64,000 bases of DNA. Origin: an uncultured Poribacteria bacterium (GTDB lineage Bacteria; Poribacteria; WGA-4E; WGA-3G). A program made the translations under genes and the position numbers. The notes beneath the pieces were generated by a model that searched no databases, had not been told where the DNA came from, and saw only the letters and a program-made list of their open reading frames with translations. Where the stretch lies: assembly GCA_958296135.2 (NCBI GenBank), contig CATQHZ020000001.1:1568001-1632000 (forward strand), given 5' to 3'. The stretch's first letter is position 1; each line of letters opens with the position of its first letter. This document shows, in pieces, positions 27,046 through 37,376 of the stretch.

Positions 27046-28488
27046 TCAGCGTGCATAGATAACTTTCTCATCCAGAGCAGTTAATGCTTCCTGCTCCAAA
27101 TGATAGGCTTCGGTCCGCTTCCGATTCGCTTCCAAAACCTTTTCGTTTATCGCACGCTGTGTGTTTTCATTGCGCAGTAACGGAACGACGATTTCCGCAA
27201 CCTGCGCGTCGTTAATTTCATCAATTACCGCGCCGTGGGTATACCGAGTTATCAGCGGATACGCGTAGTCGCTTGAAAGCCATGCATAGAGATACCCGGC
27301 AATTTCATCGCTTGTGGGCACCACTCGGATAATATGTTCATTTGGAATCCATCCATCCCAATGTTTTGGGACAATTGCAACTTTACCGATTGTCCCACTT
27401 CGCGTAATCAAAATTGAATTCGCGTGGATTTCCAGATCATCCGTTATTTTGTCCTGGTGCTGGCCTACCGAAAGATATTTTTTGCTGCTGGGATCCAATT
27501 CATAGAGTTGCTTCCCGCCAAAAAAAACAAACCCATTACCTGTTTCAACATAGATTCTTTTGAACCGAGTTGGTAAGGTGACCGCCTGGCTGATTCGACT
27601 GTCCTTCACCTTGACAACAGCACTTGCCGTTCTTGCAATATGCTGCTCAATTGTTTTCACAATCGGAACATAATAGGAGGCATCTAGCCGATCGATGACT
27701 TCGGTTGAGGAGACAGAATAGTTAAGGACTTCAGCCGTTTTATCAAACTGTTCGGCACGTCCTTGTAATTCTTCAATGGATGGCAGTTGCAACGCCGTTG
27801 TTAGCAAGGCTTGTGCCTCATCCATCAATTCATTGGAATCGTCCCGCAATTTGAAGGATTCTTCGACTAGATTGTGGATTTCTTGTTTGAGTACGGGCGG
27901 CGGATTCGGGACAGGCAGCTCGTAGAGATGCTCCGGATTAATATGTTGGATAACGGCCCCGTAGTTGCACGTGGCAATCAGAGCTTGACCTGTTTTGGAC
28001 TTCAGGAACGCGTAGATAAATCCGTTGTCCTCCTCGGGCTCAATCCTGATGAGATCGCTGCTAAAGATGAAATTATCCAAAGTGTTTCGCACATACGTGC
28101 AATTTCCGATAGTGCCGGAGCAGGTTAACAGCACCTGTCCCTTCTTGACTCTCAGTGCCTCAACTTTTGCCTTGAGTGAGGGCGAGAGAAAAGCGGCCGG
28201 TTTCGGGGCCAGTTCATTAATCTGCGCGGGTTGATAATACGGCAAATCGGAGTTGTCCACGTAGATGTTTTTGAATTGCGGATGGCGATAGAGTTTAACA
28301 AGGCCCTCATCGCCAGAGAGATTACGAAGCGGCCACCGGCAGTTCGCCAACTCCCGCCGGGCTCGTCTGCCTTCGCTTGCGTAGACGCTGGCTTCCAGAC
28401 GATAGTCTGTATCAATCACTTCTTGCACATCTACAGATGCCCACTTAATCGGTTTCTCTTTCGGTAGTTTCGGAGTTCGGGTTACCAC
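27046..28488 (-). CDS. Restriction-modification specificity (S) subunit with two target-recognition domains
   Basis: Two RL(E/D)AS..T(C/R)SGTIG..YG/HGAVI repeats; GTG start overlaps the upstream stop codon. Confidence 0.85.
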   Translation of the reverse strand: MVTRTPKLPKEKPIKWASVDVQEVIDTDYRLEASVYASEGRRARRELANCRWPLRNLSGDEGLVKLYRHPQFKNIYVDNSDLPYYQPAQINELAPKPAAFLSPSLKAKVEALRVKKGQVLLTCSGTIGNCTYVRNTLDNFIFSSDLIRIEPEEDNGFIYAFLKSKTGQALIATCNYGAVIQHINPEHLYELPVPNPPPVLKQEIHNLVEESFKLRDDSNELMDEAQALLTTALQLPSIEELQGRAEQFDKTAEVLNYSVSSTEVIDRLDASYYVPIVKTIEQHIARTASAVVKVKDSRISQAVTLPTRFKRIYVETGNGFVFFGGKQLYELDPSSKKYLSVGQHQDKITDDLEIHANSILITRSGTIGKVAIVPKHWDGWIPNEHIIRVVPTSDEIAGYLYAWLSSDYAYPLITRYTHGAVIDEINDAQVAEIVVPLLRNENTQRAINEKVLEANRKRTEAYHLEQEALTALDEKVIYAR

Positions 28489-30506
28489 GCTATTCCCTCC
28501 TCCTTTTTCCATTGTTCAAAGAACCGCGGCACCTCCAGACTTTGGTCATCAATGACACGCGTTTTTCTTTCGGTTGGAACTTCCTCCGTCTCGCCCTCTT
28601 CCCCGTAGTTGACGCGCGCATCGCGTCCTTCAGGCACCCAGATTTCGTTACCTTCCGCATCGCGTTTGAAAAGGGTATTTCCCCGTCGGTCATGCCCAAC
28701 CTTCTCCACCATCGCCATAAAAATGTTGTACGGGATGATTTGCCGTGCATACCGCTCTTCGTTCATCTGCTCCTGCGTCTTCTTCTGAAGAATCAGAACA
28801 GAGGTTTGCGTGCCGTTTCGGGGTTGGAAGGTATCAACATCCAGATCGACGCTGGCAACGATTCGCGTTTTTTCAAGCAGCCAATTTCGGATGTGGCTAA
28901 GTCCCGGATTGCCCAAAATGGAGTCAGGCAAAACAATTGCGAGCCTCCCATCGGGTTTGAGAAATTGGAGGCACCGCTCAATAAAAAGCTGCTCAGGTGG
29001 CACTGACGTTTTGAGCCTATCAGAAAGTTCCCATCCTGCTTCGCCGTGTTTCTGCCAGACATGGCCGACATCAAATTGCTCAAGGATGTGGCTATCATTG
29101 ATAGGGATTTTGCTGCCGAACGGTGGATTCGTCACGATGACATCAAAAAACCCGATGGAATTGGCGTTCGTGATGTCATCGGCTTGCAGATTCAACGCTG
29201 CGGCTAATTCCGCTTTGAGCTCTTCCGACCACTCGTGGGGCGGCAAGAGCGAATCGTTCCGATAGATGTTACCGCTCCCATCGTTGTTCATCACCATGTT
29301 CATTTTCGTGGCTTTGACTAAGTCGGGGTTGATGTCAAACCCAAAGAAATCCGATGCGGCAATCTCTTTTATCCGGTCCCGAACGGCCGTTTTCTGCATG
29401 TCGGACCAGTTCACCTCGCCTATCCCAAAGTCTTCGGTTATATCGCGCTTTAGCTGTTCAATGATGTGGTTCATGGCGGTGACTAAGAAACCGCCTGTGC
29501 CACAGGAAGTATCGCAAACTTTTTCGCCGGCTTTGGGATTGACCATCTCGACGGCCATGCGCATGATGTTCCGCGGCGTGAAGAATTCACCCCGGTCGCC
29601 TCTCAAATTCGCCCCGACAAGTTCCTCATACGCCTTCCCTTTGACATCAACGTGCGTTTCCAGGAGGCTGTAAGCCTGAAGTTCCGAGACAATCCATGCG
29701 AGTGAACGAGGCTGCAATTTGATTTCGTCGTTGGCCTCAAAAATCTGTGGAAACTGCGCTTTGACTCGCCCAAAAATTTTCGAGATGCGCTTTTCCACCG
29801 TGAGCTGCCCATCCCGATTCGCGCGTTCCCCGGCGCGCGCGTAAAATTCAAGCGGTCTCCCCACATTCTGCTCATCAAGCGTTTTGCAGAAAATCAGTTT
29901 GAGCAACTCAAAGAAGGCGGGCTGTTTTTGCAAACCGTCGGTAGCATAGATGTGATTATGGCACGTCTTGAAAACCATGAGCAGGTTATCTTCATAGGCT
30001 TTTTTTAATGTGGCGCGCTTGGGCCGGTCCACATCCTCTAACGAGCCATCGGCAGCGGGAATATCGTTGTGTTCCTGAAATTCCACCCGCCCTTCCACTT
30101 GGACCTTTCGGAGGACTTCCTTGTATTTGCCGTTCGTCCAGAGGCCCCACTCGCAATTCGGGCACGCAGTCATGTAGGACTTAAGTTGTTCCACACCGTC
30201 TTTTCTATTTTTAGGCTCAATGTTTTCTCGCTTGCACTCAACAATGAGCCAGACATAGTCCTGTGTCAACTCAGGGCAGTCTTTCGGGAAGACGACGATG
30301 TCTGCGCGTGGGCGACGCGAACCGATTTTCACACCAAATTCGATGCTGATTTGTTCCCTCGCGTATTTGTGCTCGTTGATTAACCTTTTCTCAATCGTCT
30401 GGCGCACGTACTCTTCTGGGGTATCCTTGCGGAATGCCCCATCAACGTAATCACGGATTTGGCCCTCGGGCACACTGATAACTTGTTTTTCAGCTTTTGT
30501 GCTCAT
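28482..30506 (-). CDS. Fused restriction endonuclease (HsdR N-terminal-like) and N6-adenine methyltransferase, type IIB/IIG-like
   Basis: PEEYVRQ, RADIVV..VECK, GEFFTPR, DTSCGTGGFL and TNPPFG motifs. Confidence 0.9.
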   Translation of the reverse strand: MSTKAEKQVISVPEGQIRDYVDGAFRKDTPEEYVRQTIEKRLINEHKYAREQISIEFGVKIGSRRPRADIVVFPKDCPELTQDYVWLIVECKRENIEPKNRKDGVEQLKSYMTACPNCEWGLWTNGKYKEVLRKVQVEGRVEFQEHNDIPAADGSLEDVDRPKRATLKKAYEDNLLMVFKTCHNHIYATDGLQKQPAFFELLKLIFCKTLDEQNVGRPLEFYARAGERANRDGQLTVEKRISKIFGRVKAQFPQIFEANDEIKLQPRSLAWIVSELQAYSLLETHVDVKGKAYEELVGANLRGDRGEFFTPRNIMRMAVEMVNPKAGEKVCDTSCGTGGFLVTAMNHIIEQLKRDITEDFGIGEVNWSDMQKTAVRDRIKEIAASDFFGFDINPDLVKATKMNMVMNNDGSGNIYRNDSLLPPHEWSEELKAELAAALNLQADDITNANSIGFFDVIVTNPPFGSKIPINDSHILEQFDVGHVWQKHGEAGWELSDRLKTSVPPEQLFIERCLQFLKPDGRLAIVLPDSILGNPGLSHIRNWLLEKTRIVASVDLDVDTFQPRNGTQTSVLILQKKTQEQMNEERYARQIIPYNIFMAMVEKVGHDRRGNTLFKRDAEGNEIWVPEGRDARVNYGEEGETEEVPTERKTRVIDDQSLEVPRFFEQWKKEEGIAW

Positions 30507-30627
30507 GACAAATTTCCTTTTCAGACAGCGTTATTTTGCGCATTGGCGATAAAATCAGCAGCGATGACAAATGCTTCTGGACCGTCGCGCAACAATAATT
30601 ATATCATTTCCGTGACTTAATGTCAAA

Positions 30628-31389
30628 TTAAAATATAGTTTGGAACTGGCTGAACTCAATAATCCGTCGTGCGACGTAGGTTTTGAGGGAAGTATTCCCC
30701 GCTTCTTCTGCCAGTTTCAGCGCGATTTCAAAGTCCGACTTCGCTTTCGCGACGTGCCCGAGGTTGCAACGCGCTACGCCGCGCTGCGTATAAGCATTCG
30801 CCATCTCTGGTGCTAAACGAACGGCTTGGTTGTAGTCTGCAATGGCGGATGCAGACTCGCCAAGTGCGTTCTTCGCGATGCCCCGATTGATGTAGGAACT
30901 TACCTTACTAGGGTTCAGTTGAAGTGCCAAATCATAGTCGGCAATTGAGCAATCGAGTTTATTGAGCATGAACGCTGCACAACCCCGATTGTGGTAGAAA
31001 TCAGCCGAATCCAACTTGAGGCAGATCGCCCGGTCATAATCTGCAATAGCAGACTCATAGTCGCCAAGCATGAACTTCGCATTACCCCGGCTGTTGTAGG
31101 CTTCAGCGTAATCTAGTTTTCGCTGGATTGCCTTACCATACGCAGAAAGGGCATCCTTTTCCATCCCTTGTTCCTGCATCAGGTTCCCAACGGTGAACCA
31201 CGCGCGAGCGGCTATCTTGTCATCAATGCCTTCCGCGATACTGGCGATGGAACGCCACTTTTCAAGTGCGGCTTCAGTCTTTCCCTCCCTTTCCAATTTA
31301 TGAGCATCAGCGACTGCCCTGTCCAAGGGATACGAATCCGTATTCCGCCGAACCGCTCGCACAGTTTCCTCAATAGGTTGCGTATGCAT
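30628..31389 (-). CDS. TPR protein with conserved EKWR N-terminal cap
   Basis: TPR units (AYNSRG..AIADYD); cap shared with the genes at 34383 and 42967. Confidence 0.85.
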   Translation of the reverse strand: MHTQPIEETVRAVRRNTDSYPLDRAVADAHKLEREGKTEAALEKWRSIASIAEGIDDKIAARAWFTVGNLMQEQGMEKDALSAYGKAIQRKLDYAEAYNSRGNAKFMLGDYESAIADYDRAICLKLDSADFYHNRGCAAFMLNKLDCSIADYDLALQLNPSKVSSYINRGIAKNALGESASAIADYNQAVRLAPEMANAYTQRGVARCNLGHVAKAKSDFEIALKLAEEAGNTSLKTYVARRIIEFSQFQTIF

Positions 31390-31480
31390 TGTTTGCCTCC
31401 CTGTCGGACAAGTTTTTATGCCTCTAATAGTATACCCGATTTGGCCACGAAGTGCAAGCGAATTTCAATTACTGCTGCTT

Positions 31481-32410
31481 CTACTGGCGGAGACGAATAA
31501 ACGTCTCTATCTCCGCGGCATGCCGCTCAAAATCCCGATCGGCGAGAGATTTGAGATGTGCTAATTGCTCAACACCATCCAACTCCCAAAAATCGATCTC
31601 AGGATTAAGGCGCAAGTAATTCTCTTTCAACAACAATTTCGCCATCTTCGCAGAGGTTTGCGATTGCACCGTCAGCAAATATGAAATAATTTTCTGTCCG
31701 CCCCATCCGGTCAGGAAACCCCACTTTCGCCTTTTCGCATACATGTTTTGCGGATGGCCCGTCCCGATAGACAGCATCCGAATTTCATCGAGGCTCTTCC
31801 CAAAGGCGGAGACTGCCTCTGTTAAAGCGACGAAGGCGGGATTGCTTGCCCATAAACTGCCATCCGCGAGTAACGCAGTGCCGATGGCACTCGGGTCAAA
31901 GAAAGTGGGCGCGGCACAAGAAGCGAGGATTGCTTCTCGTAAAGGCACATTGAAAATCGGTTCATCATCATTGGCAGAGTGTAAGGACAGATGTCTATTT
32001 CCGCCCGTTTTGAAAACATACCCGCCGCCACTGATTAAGTCTGAACAGGTTATCATGAGCGGCGTTGCGATGTCGCTGAGGTGGAGTTCGGGGAGATGCG
32101 TCGCGAGCACTTTTGCAAGCAACGCTTTTGAATACCGACTGAAGAACAACGGATGCCGATACCACTTTTTCCGGAAGAGCTGCGGTGCTTCTTTCTCAAA
32201 AAGGTAGACTATCTGTTCCATCGGGATGCCGGTGGCGGCGGCCCCTGCGATGATGGAGCCGGCGCTCGTTCCAGCGCGGAGATCGAAGCAATCCTTGAGT
32301 TGCACCTGAAAGGCGCGTTCAAGGTTGGCAAGGAGTTGCGCGGCATATATCCCGCGGGTGCCGCCGCCATCAAGCGCGAGGATATGAAAGGGGGTTTCCG
32401 CGTTGCGCAT
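31481..32410 (-). CDS. Patatin-like phospholipase (CapV-like)
   Basis: LALDGGGTRG, GTSAG, ASCAAPTFF, ADGSLWASNP and LSIGTG motifs. Confidence 0.88.
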   Translation of the reverse strand: MRNAETPFHILALDGGGTRGIYAAQLLANLERAFQVQLKDCFDLRAGTSAGSIIAGAAATGIPMEQIVYLFEKEAPQLFRKKWYRHPLFFSRYSKALLAKVLATHLPELHLSDIATPLMITCSDLISGGGYVFKTGGNRHLSLHSANDDEPIFNVPLREAILASCAAPTFFDPSAIGTALLADGSLWASNPAFVALTEAVSAFGKSLDEIRMLSIGTGHPQNMYAKRRKWGFLTGWGGQKIISYLLTVQSQTSAKMAKLLLKENYLRLNPEIDFWELDGVEQLAHLKSLADRDFERHAAEIETFIRLRQ

Positions 32411-32767
32411 TGGAATTCCTCTCCGGAGGCAAAGCAATCGTCAGTTCGGCAGACCTTTAGCGGCCGGAATTGGTGACAACAGTGAAATCTGGCACGTAAC
32501 GCTCTTCATCAATTTGAAAAACCTTAAGTGTCACGCCAAAAGACCGGATTTCTCTATCCGTTTTTCTGTTCAGCCACTCCAAAGCATCGCGGTGCTCTGC
32601 CCGAATTTTCTTTGCGATCCAGATGATGGTGCTAGCATCTAGTCCCGCCGCGTAAGTGAGGACTTTGCCAAGGTGCAGATGGTTTGAGTCCTCAAGTTGA
32701 TTTTCGATAACCACGCGTGAGTCGTCTGCTTTGTTACGACACACGATATCGGCTCGGAATGCTCCAA

Positions 32768-34232
32768 CCGCACTACATAACCTATGAGCATCTCGTCAAA
32801 TGTAGACTTATCTGCCATGTGCAAAGTCTACGAGTCTCTGAGAGGTCAGCGGTTTCCTGCTTCTTCCGCGCACATGCGGGTTCTGATGCCAGCCTACCAA
32901 CGTAGGTGTTACAGCATCTCCACAGGCGTTTTGACTCTCGTCCGTGCTAGACGCGAGTTGTCGAAGGTTTATAGCGGCGTTAACATCCCGATCTTCAACG
33001 AATCCACAAACACCGCAGTGATATTCTCTGTCCTTGAGCGTCAGTTTGAATTCGCCACGTTTGACGTCTCCACAGGAACTGCATCGCTGGGTTGACGGCC
33101 AGAACTTATCTGCTGACACAATACGGATACCACGGCGCACCGCTTTGTATTTAAGTTTGACGAGAAAACCACCGAGGCTTGCATCGGCGAGTGCCTTGCT
33201 CAACTTGCGATTTTTCATCAAACCTTTCACGGTGAGGCTCTCGATGCCAAGTGCCGAGATGCCTTGCAGGATGCGATGTGTCACCTGATGATGGGCATCG
33301 GTTCGCACATTTGCTATACGGGCATGCAGGCGGGCGAGGAGTTCCTTTGCCTTCCACCAGTTGTTGCTCAGGAACGTCTTGCGGGAGAGTGCCTTATTTG
33401 CACGGCGTAGTTTGCGTTCATTGACGCGCAAGGCACGCGGATTTTCGTAGACAGTGCCATCGTCCATCGTAGCGAGGGCTGAGATGCCGACATCACAACC
33501 TGCAGGGGGCAGTGCTGACGTGTCGGGCGGTTCAGGGACATCAACTTCGACAAGGATGCTGAGATACCAGCGATGTGCGATTCGCTTAACGAAAGCACGG
33601 CGAACTTCACCTGTCCATCGAGGTTTTTCATGCAACCTAACATGTCCAATTATCGGAAGGACGACGTGTTTGCCGTCCGCCGTTATTTTGACGCTATCCA
33701 CACCATTATCAATCTGGAACGCGGGGCGAGACTTATGCGTCTTCCGTTTGGGCGCACCATTCTGTCCCGATTTGTATCTGGCGATAGCATCGCCGAAAGA
33801 GTGGATAGCATTCTTACCTGCGTTTTGAGAACACGCGGCGAATTCGGGGAACACCTCGCGCTTCCGTGAGTTGAAGATTTTCTTCAACTCGTAGAGGGAG
33901 TTACGGCGGTCGGCGTTCCAATCAGAATGTGCGGCATTATAGGCGGCGCGTGCGAATGCCACATGCAGGTTAAATGCCTCGACCTGTTCCTCAGTTGGTT
34001 TGAGTGCTATCTTCTGGGCTCGTAGTGCCATAGCGTCACCGTTCCCGTTGTGTTTACCTCCATCCAAGGTAGGTTGGGCGAGAGACACGGCGGGAAGCCG
34101 CGCTTGGATGTCTCGCCCCCAACGGTAACTACATTCTACCACAAATCCACGCCGACTGCAAATAAAAATGCACACTGCTAGATTAGGGCAGATACTCCTA
34201 GTATCTCATAGAGTTCTCTCCACTGCACCGAG
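32768..34232 (-). mobile_element. 1465-bp TnpB-only IS607-like (IS200/IS605 superfamily) element
   Basis: Precise insertion with GG at both junctions; no terminal inverted repeats; no transposase gene. Confidence 0.8.
32808..34031 (-). CDS. tnpB: RNA-guided endonuclease TnpB
   Basis: RuvC D/E/D residues (GCDVGI, GIESL, DRDVNAAINL); zinc finger CSSC..CGVC. Confidence 0.92.
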   Translation of the reverse strand: MALRAQKIALKPTEEQVEAFNLHVAFARAAYNAAHSDWNADRRNSLYELKKIFNSRKREVFPEFAACSQNAGKNAIHSFGDAIARYKSGQNGAPKRKTHKSRPAFQIDNGVDSVKITADGKHVVLPIIGHVRLHEKPRWTGEVRRAFVKRIAHRWYLSILVEVDVPEPPDTSALPPAGCDVGISALATMDDGTVYENPRALRVNERKLRRANKALSRKTFLSNNWWKAKELLARLHARIANVRTDAHHQVTHRILQGISALGIESLTVKGLMKNRKLSKALADASLGGFLVKLKYKAVRRGIRIVSADKFWPSTQRCSSCGDVKRGEFKLTLKDREYHCGVCGFVEDRDVNAAINLRQLASSTDESQNACGDAVTPTLVGWHQNPHVRGRSRKPLTSQRLVDFAHGR

Positions 34233-34382
34233 CCCTTTTTTCCGTCGCTTCAAGTTCCAACTCTATGCCGAGGGGTTCAGCAAGGTAGCATAGATTCTCC
34301 GCTAACCACGGCGTAAAATCGTGTGCCTCGTGAGGCCAGACAGTGCGCAACTCAACTTTTGGCTGGTGAACGAATTGGTGCA

Positions 34383-35291
34383 TCAATCTTCTGCCGCCTC
34401 CTTGTCAAGCATGCGAATCTCGGATTCAACATAGGATTTGTGTTGTTCATCGCCTGCCGCGCGTGCGAGTCTCAAGGCAGTCTCATAATCCTCCCTCGCT
34501 TCCGCATCGCGCCCCTGGCTCCATCTTATCTCCCCTCGATAGGTGTAAGGCGGCGCAAGCGTTGAATCTAGCCGCATGGCCTCCTCATAGTCTGCCACTG
34601 CTGCATCATATTGTAACAGCCTTTCTTTCGCCAATCCACGGCTGATGTAGGCAATAGCACTCTCAGGTGCGAGCCGAATCGCCTCATCATAGTCCTCAAC
34701 GATGCCATCACGTTTGTTAGGTGTCATAAATTTGGCGAGGGCTCTGTTGTAGTAAGCTTCCGCGAGAGTCGCGTCCAGCCGCAGGGCAGCATCCTGGTCT
34801 TCGATGGCGGCCTCATTTTGGCCGAGCAAGGTTTTCGCCAAACCGCGACAGGTATATGCATAGGCATCCTCTGGATTGAGCCGAATTGCCTCATCACAAT
34901 CGGCGACTGCCTCGGCATACTGCCCGAGAAGCCGCTTCACAAGGCCCCGCTGCGTCCATGCTTCCGCGTAAGTGCGATGGCGACAGATAGCGTTGTCACA
35001 AGCGGAGAGTGCCTGCTTCAGTGCGGCGGTAGCAGACTCCGAACGCAAGGGCGCGTCTGCCCACACCTCTTCGTTCTCCAACAGCAGTTTGCAGACAGAT
35101 ACCAGCGCGCGGGCGGCCATCTTGTCATCAATCCCGCTAATAGTATTCGCGAGTGAACGCCACTTTTCTATCGCCTCCCCGATTTTTCCCTCCTCTTGCA
35201 ACCGGTCGGCATCGGCTATCACCCTGTCTACAAGAAATACCACCGGCAAAGCTTCCTCAACTTTCGGCGTATTCTGTTCGGTATGTGTCAT
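34383..35291 (-). CDS. TPR protein with EKWR N-terminal cap
   Basis: TPR repeats; TGATG stop/start overlap with the downstream nuclease gene. Confidence 0.85.
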   Translation of the reverse strand: MTHTEQNTPKVEEALPVVFLVDRVIADADRLQEEGKIGEAIEKWRSLANTISGIDDKMAARALVSVCKLLLENEEVWADAPLRSESATAALKQALSACDNAICRHRTYAEAWTQRGLVKRLLGQYAEAVADCDEAIRLNPEDAYAYTCRGLAKTLLGQNEAAIEDQDAALRLDATLAEAYYNRALAKFMTPNKRDGIVEDYDEAIRLAPESAIAYISRGLAKERLLQYDAAVADYEEAMRLDSTLAPPYTYRGEIRWSQGRDAEAREDYETALRLARAAGDEQHKSYVESEIRMLDKEAAED

Positions 35292-35310
35292 TATGGTTTA
35301 TCTTCCTAGG

Positions 35311-35913
35311 TTAATCCGCTTTCCCCAATTCATCCTCCGCTGCGTCAAGACGTTCAAGACACGCTTCCATTTGCTGTTCAAGCTGCGCGTTACGTGCGAC
35401 TTTCGCGAGTTCCAACGCGGTCTTGAAATTTTCCCGCGCTTTCTCAATGAGCCCCATGTTGTAAGCTGTCCCACCCCGCTTGACGTAAATATCTACATTC
35501 TCTGGTTGTAGCCGGGCGGCCTCGTCCAAGTCGTCGAGCGCGGCTTCGCCATCGCCGCGGAGCAAATTGGCCATGCCGCGGTTGATGTAAAGTGCCGCCA
35601 TATCGGGACTCAATCGGATTCCCTCGCCGTAGTCCTCAACTGCAGAATCATACTGTCCCAGTTTCACTTTGGCATTGGCGCGATTGTTGTATAATTCGGC
35701 AAAATCCGGTCCAAACCGAATCGCTTTGTCAAAGTCCCCGAGGGCACTCTCATGTTTGTTAAGGGCAGTTTTCGCGAGCCCTCGATTGGAGTAGGCTTCG
35801 GCATCCTCCGGGTCCAGCCGCAGTGCCTTGTCGTAATCGGAAATGGCGGCGCGATGCCTGCCTGAATCGTATTTCGCGCGTCCCCGCCGCGTGAAGAATT
35901 TGGCTTTGAGCAT
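35311..35913 (-). CDS. TPR protein
   Basis: About 5 TPR units (AYSNRG, LYNNRA, LYINRG); RBS gaggga. Confidence 0.85.
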   Translation of the reverse strand: MLKAKFFTRRGRAKYDSGRHRAAISDYDKALRLDPEDAEAYSNRGLAKTALNKHESALGDFDKAIRFGPDFAELYNNRANAKVKLGQYDSAVEDYGEGIRLSPDMAALYINRGMANLLRGDGEAALDDLDEAARLQPENVDIYVKRGGTAYNMGLIEKARENFKTALELAKVARNAQLEQQMEACLERLDAAEDELGKAD

Positions 35914-35989
35914 TATCGTTTCCCTCTTCAGATGAACGTTGAGAATAAGATACCACATCCTGCGGCCAAAATCAACCGATTTTTCAGTC

Positions 35990-36018
35990 TTGACACAAAA
36001 ACGGAATCTTGATAAAAT
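35990..36018 (+). promoter_or_regulatory. Sigma70 promoter for sodA, duplicated at 37316-37344
   Basis: TTGACA-17 nt-TAAAAT. Confidence 0.7.
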
Positions 36019-36050
36019 GGGTATCACCATCAAATGATAAGGAGCATCTC

Positions 36051-36770
36051 ATGAATCGGAGAAATTTCTTAATGAAAGGCGGCACCGCGTTGGCGGGGCT
36101 GTTCCTCGCGAATATGCCGTTGAGCCTTTACGCGGCGCACCACGAGCCCGCCGAAGGCGCCCATAAGTTGCCGGAGTTGTCCTACGCTTACGATGCGTTA
36201 GAACCGCATATTGATACCCTCACGATGACAATTCATCACGGCAAGCACCACCAGGGTTACGTCAATAAGCTCAACGCTGCCCTTAAAGGGCACGATGAGC
36301 TCATGAAGATGCCGGTGGAGGACTTGCTGCGCCATATCGACAAAGTGCCGATGGATATCCGCCAAGCCGTTATCAACAGTGGCGGTGGGCATGCGAACCA
36401 TACCCTCTTCTGGCGCACGATGGCTCCCAACGGTAGCAAACCACCCGGGGAAGTTCTGGCGGCGATTCAATCCGAATTCGGCTCTTATCAGGCTGGTAGT
36501 GACCTGTTTGACAAAGCCGCGCTGGCGCATTTCGGTTCAGGGTGGGCATGGCTCGTCGTTGACGAGAAGAAAAAGTTGCAAACCTACGTCACAGCGAACC
36601 AGGATAGCCCACTGATGAAGGGACATACGCCGATTTTGGGGCTTGATGTCTGGGAGCACGCCTATTATCTGAAATATCAGAACCGGCGTGCCGATTACCT
36701 GAAAGCCTGGGAAAACGTCATCCATTGGGAACAGGTGAACGCGCTTTATCTCGCGGCAATGGCCCGGTAG
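36051..36770 (+). CDS. sodA: Tat-exported Mn(Fe) superoxide dismutase, copy 1
   Basis: RRNFL Tat motif; HHGKHH, GGHANH, FGSGW and DVWEHAYY. Confidence 0.93.
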   Translation: MNRRNFLMKGGTALAGLFLANMPLSLYAAHHEPAEGAHKLPELSYAYDALEPHIDTLTMTIHHGKHHQGYVNKLNAALKGHDELMKMPVEDLLRHIDKVPMDIRQAVINSGGGHANHTLFWRTMAPNGSKPPGEVLAAIQSEFGSYQAGSDLFDKAALAHFGSGWAWLVVDEKKKLQTYVTANQDSPLMKGHTPILGLDVWEHAYYLKYQNRRADYLKAWENVIHWEQVNALYLAAMAR

Positions 36771-36824
36771 GCGCGATGTCCCAATCGCGCACCGATCTCG
36801 CCCGATCTCGCACGAGGAACAACT

Positions 36825-37162
36825 ATGGAACGCAGAGATTTCCTGAAACAGTGCGGCCTCACGCTTACCGCGCTGTTGCTGAGCCCTTGGAGCAGCTACG
36901 CCTTTCCGAGCCGGGAAGGCGAGGTGCTCATCCCCTTCGCAGCTCAGTCGCCGGCATCCGATAACAAACGGGTGCTGCTTGACTGGAATCCCCTTGATAC
37001 TTTCATCACACCGAACCAGAAGTTCTTCAACGTCTCGCATTATGGGAAACCCGAGGTGGACTTAGACGCGTGGCAATTAGAGATGAGCGGTTTGGTTGAC
37101 AATCCGCTGATACTCACGATGGAGACATCAAAGCACGCCCACGCCGAGAGGTAACCTTTACG
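36825..37162 (+). pseudogene. Truncated, frameshifted 5' copy of the molybdopterin oxidoreductase
   Basis: Matches the first ~110 aa of 38151-39287, then frameshifts and stops. Confidence 0.9.
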
Positions 37163-37239
37163 TCGGAAATGGCGGCGCGATGCCTGCCTGAATCGTATTT
37201 CGCGCGTCCCCGCCGCGTGAAGAATTTGGCTTTGAGCAT
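37163..37239 (-). pseudogene. Truncated 5' fragment of the TPR gene 35311-35913
   Basis: Identical MLKAKFFTRRGRAKYDSG start, cut at the duplication junction. Confidence 0.85.
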
Positions 37240-37376
37240 TATCGTTTCCCTCTTCAGATGAACGTTGAGAATAAGATACCATATCCTGCGGCCAAAATCA
37301 ACCGATTTTTCAGTCTTGACACAAAAACGGAATCTTGATAAAATGGGTATCACCATCAAATGACAAGGAGCATCTC

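Larger units (their letters stand above)
32457..34383 (-). pseudogene. NucS/DUF4268-family nuclease gene (153 aa when rejoined) interrupted by an IS element
   Basis: 5' part 34233-34383 (..DFTPWL..EATEKR) and 3' part 32457-32767 (GAFRADIVC..IENQL) rejoin in frame as EKRVGAFRAD. Confidence 0.88.

Noticed and set aside
31481-32410. CBASS system
   Set aside because: A CapV-like patatin is present but there is no CD-NTase or Cap2/Cap3 in the window.
32768-34232. IStron (group I intron-IS607 chimera)
   Set aside because: Only about 200 nt precede tnpB, the 5' exon does not end in U, and no intron core was recognised.
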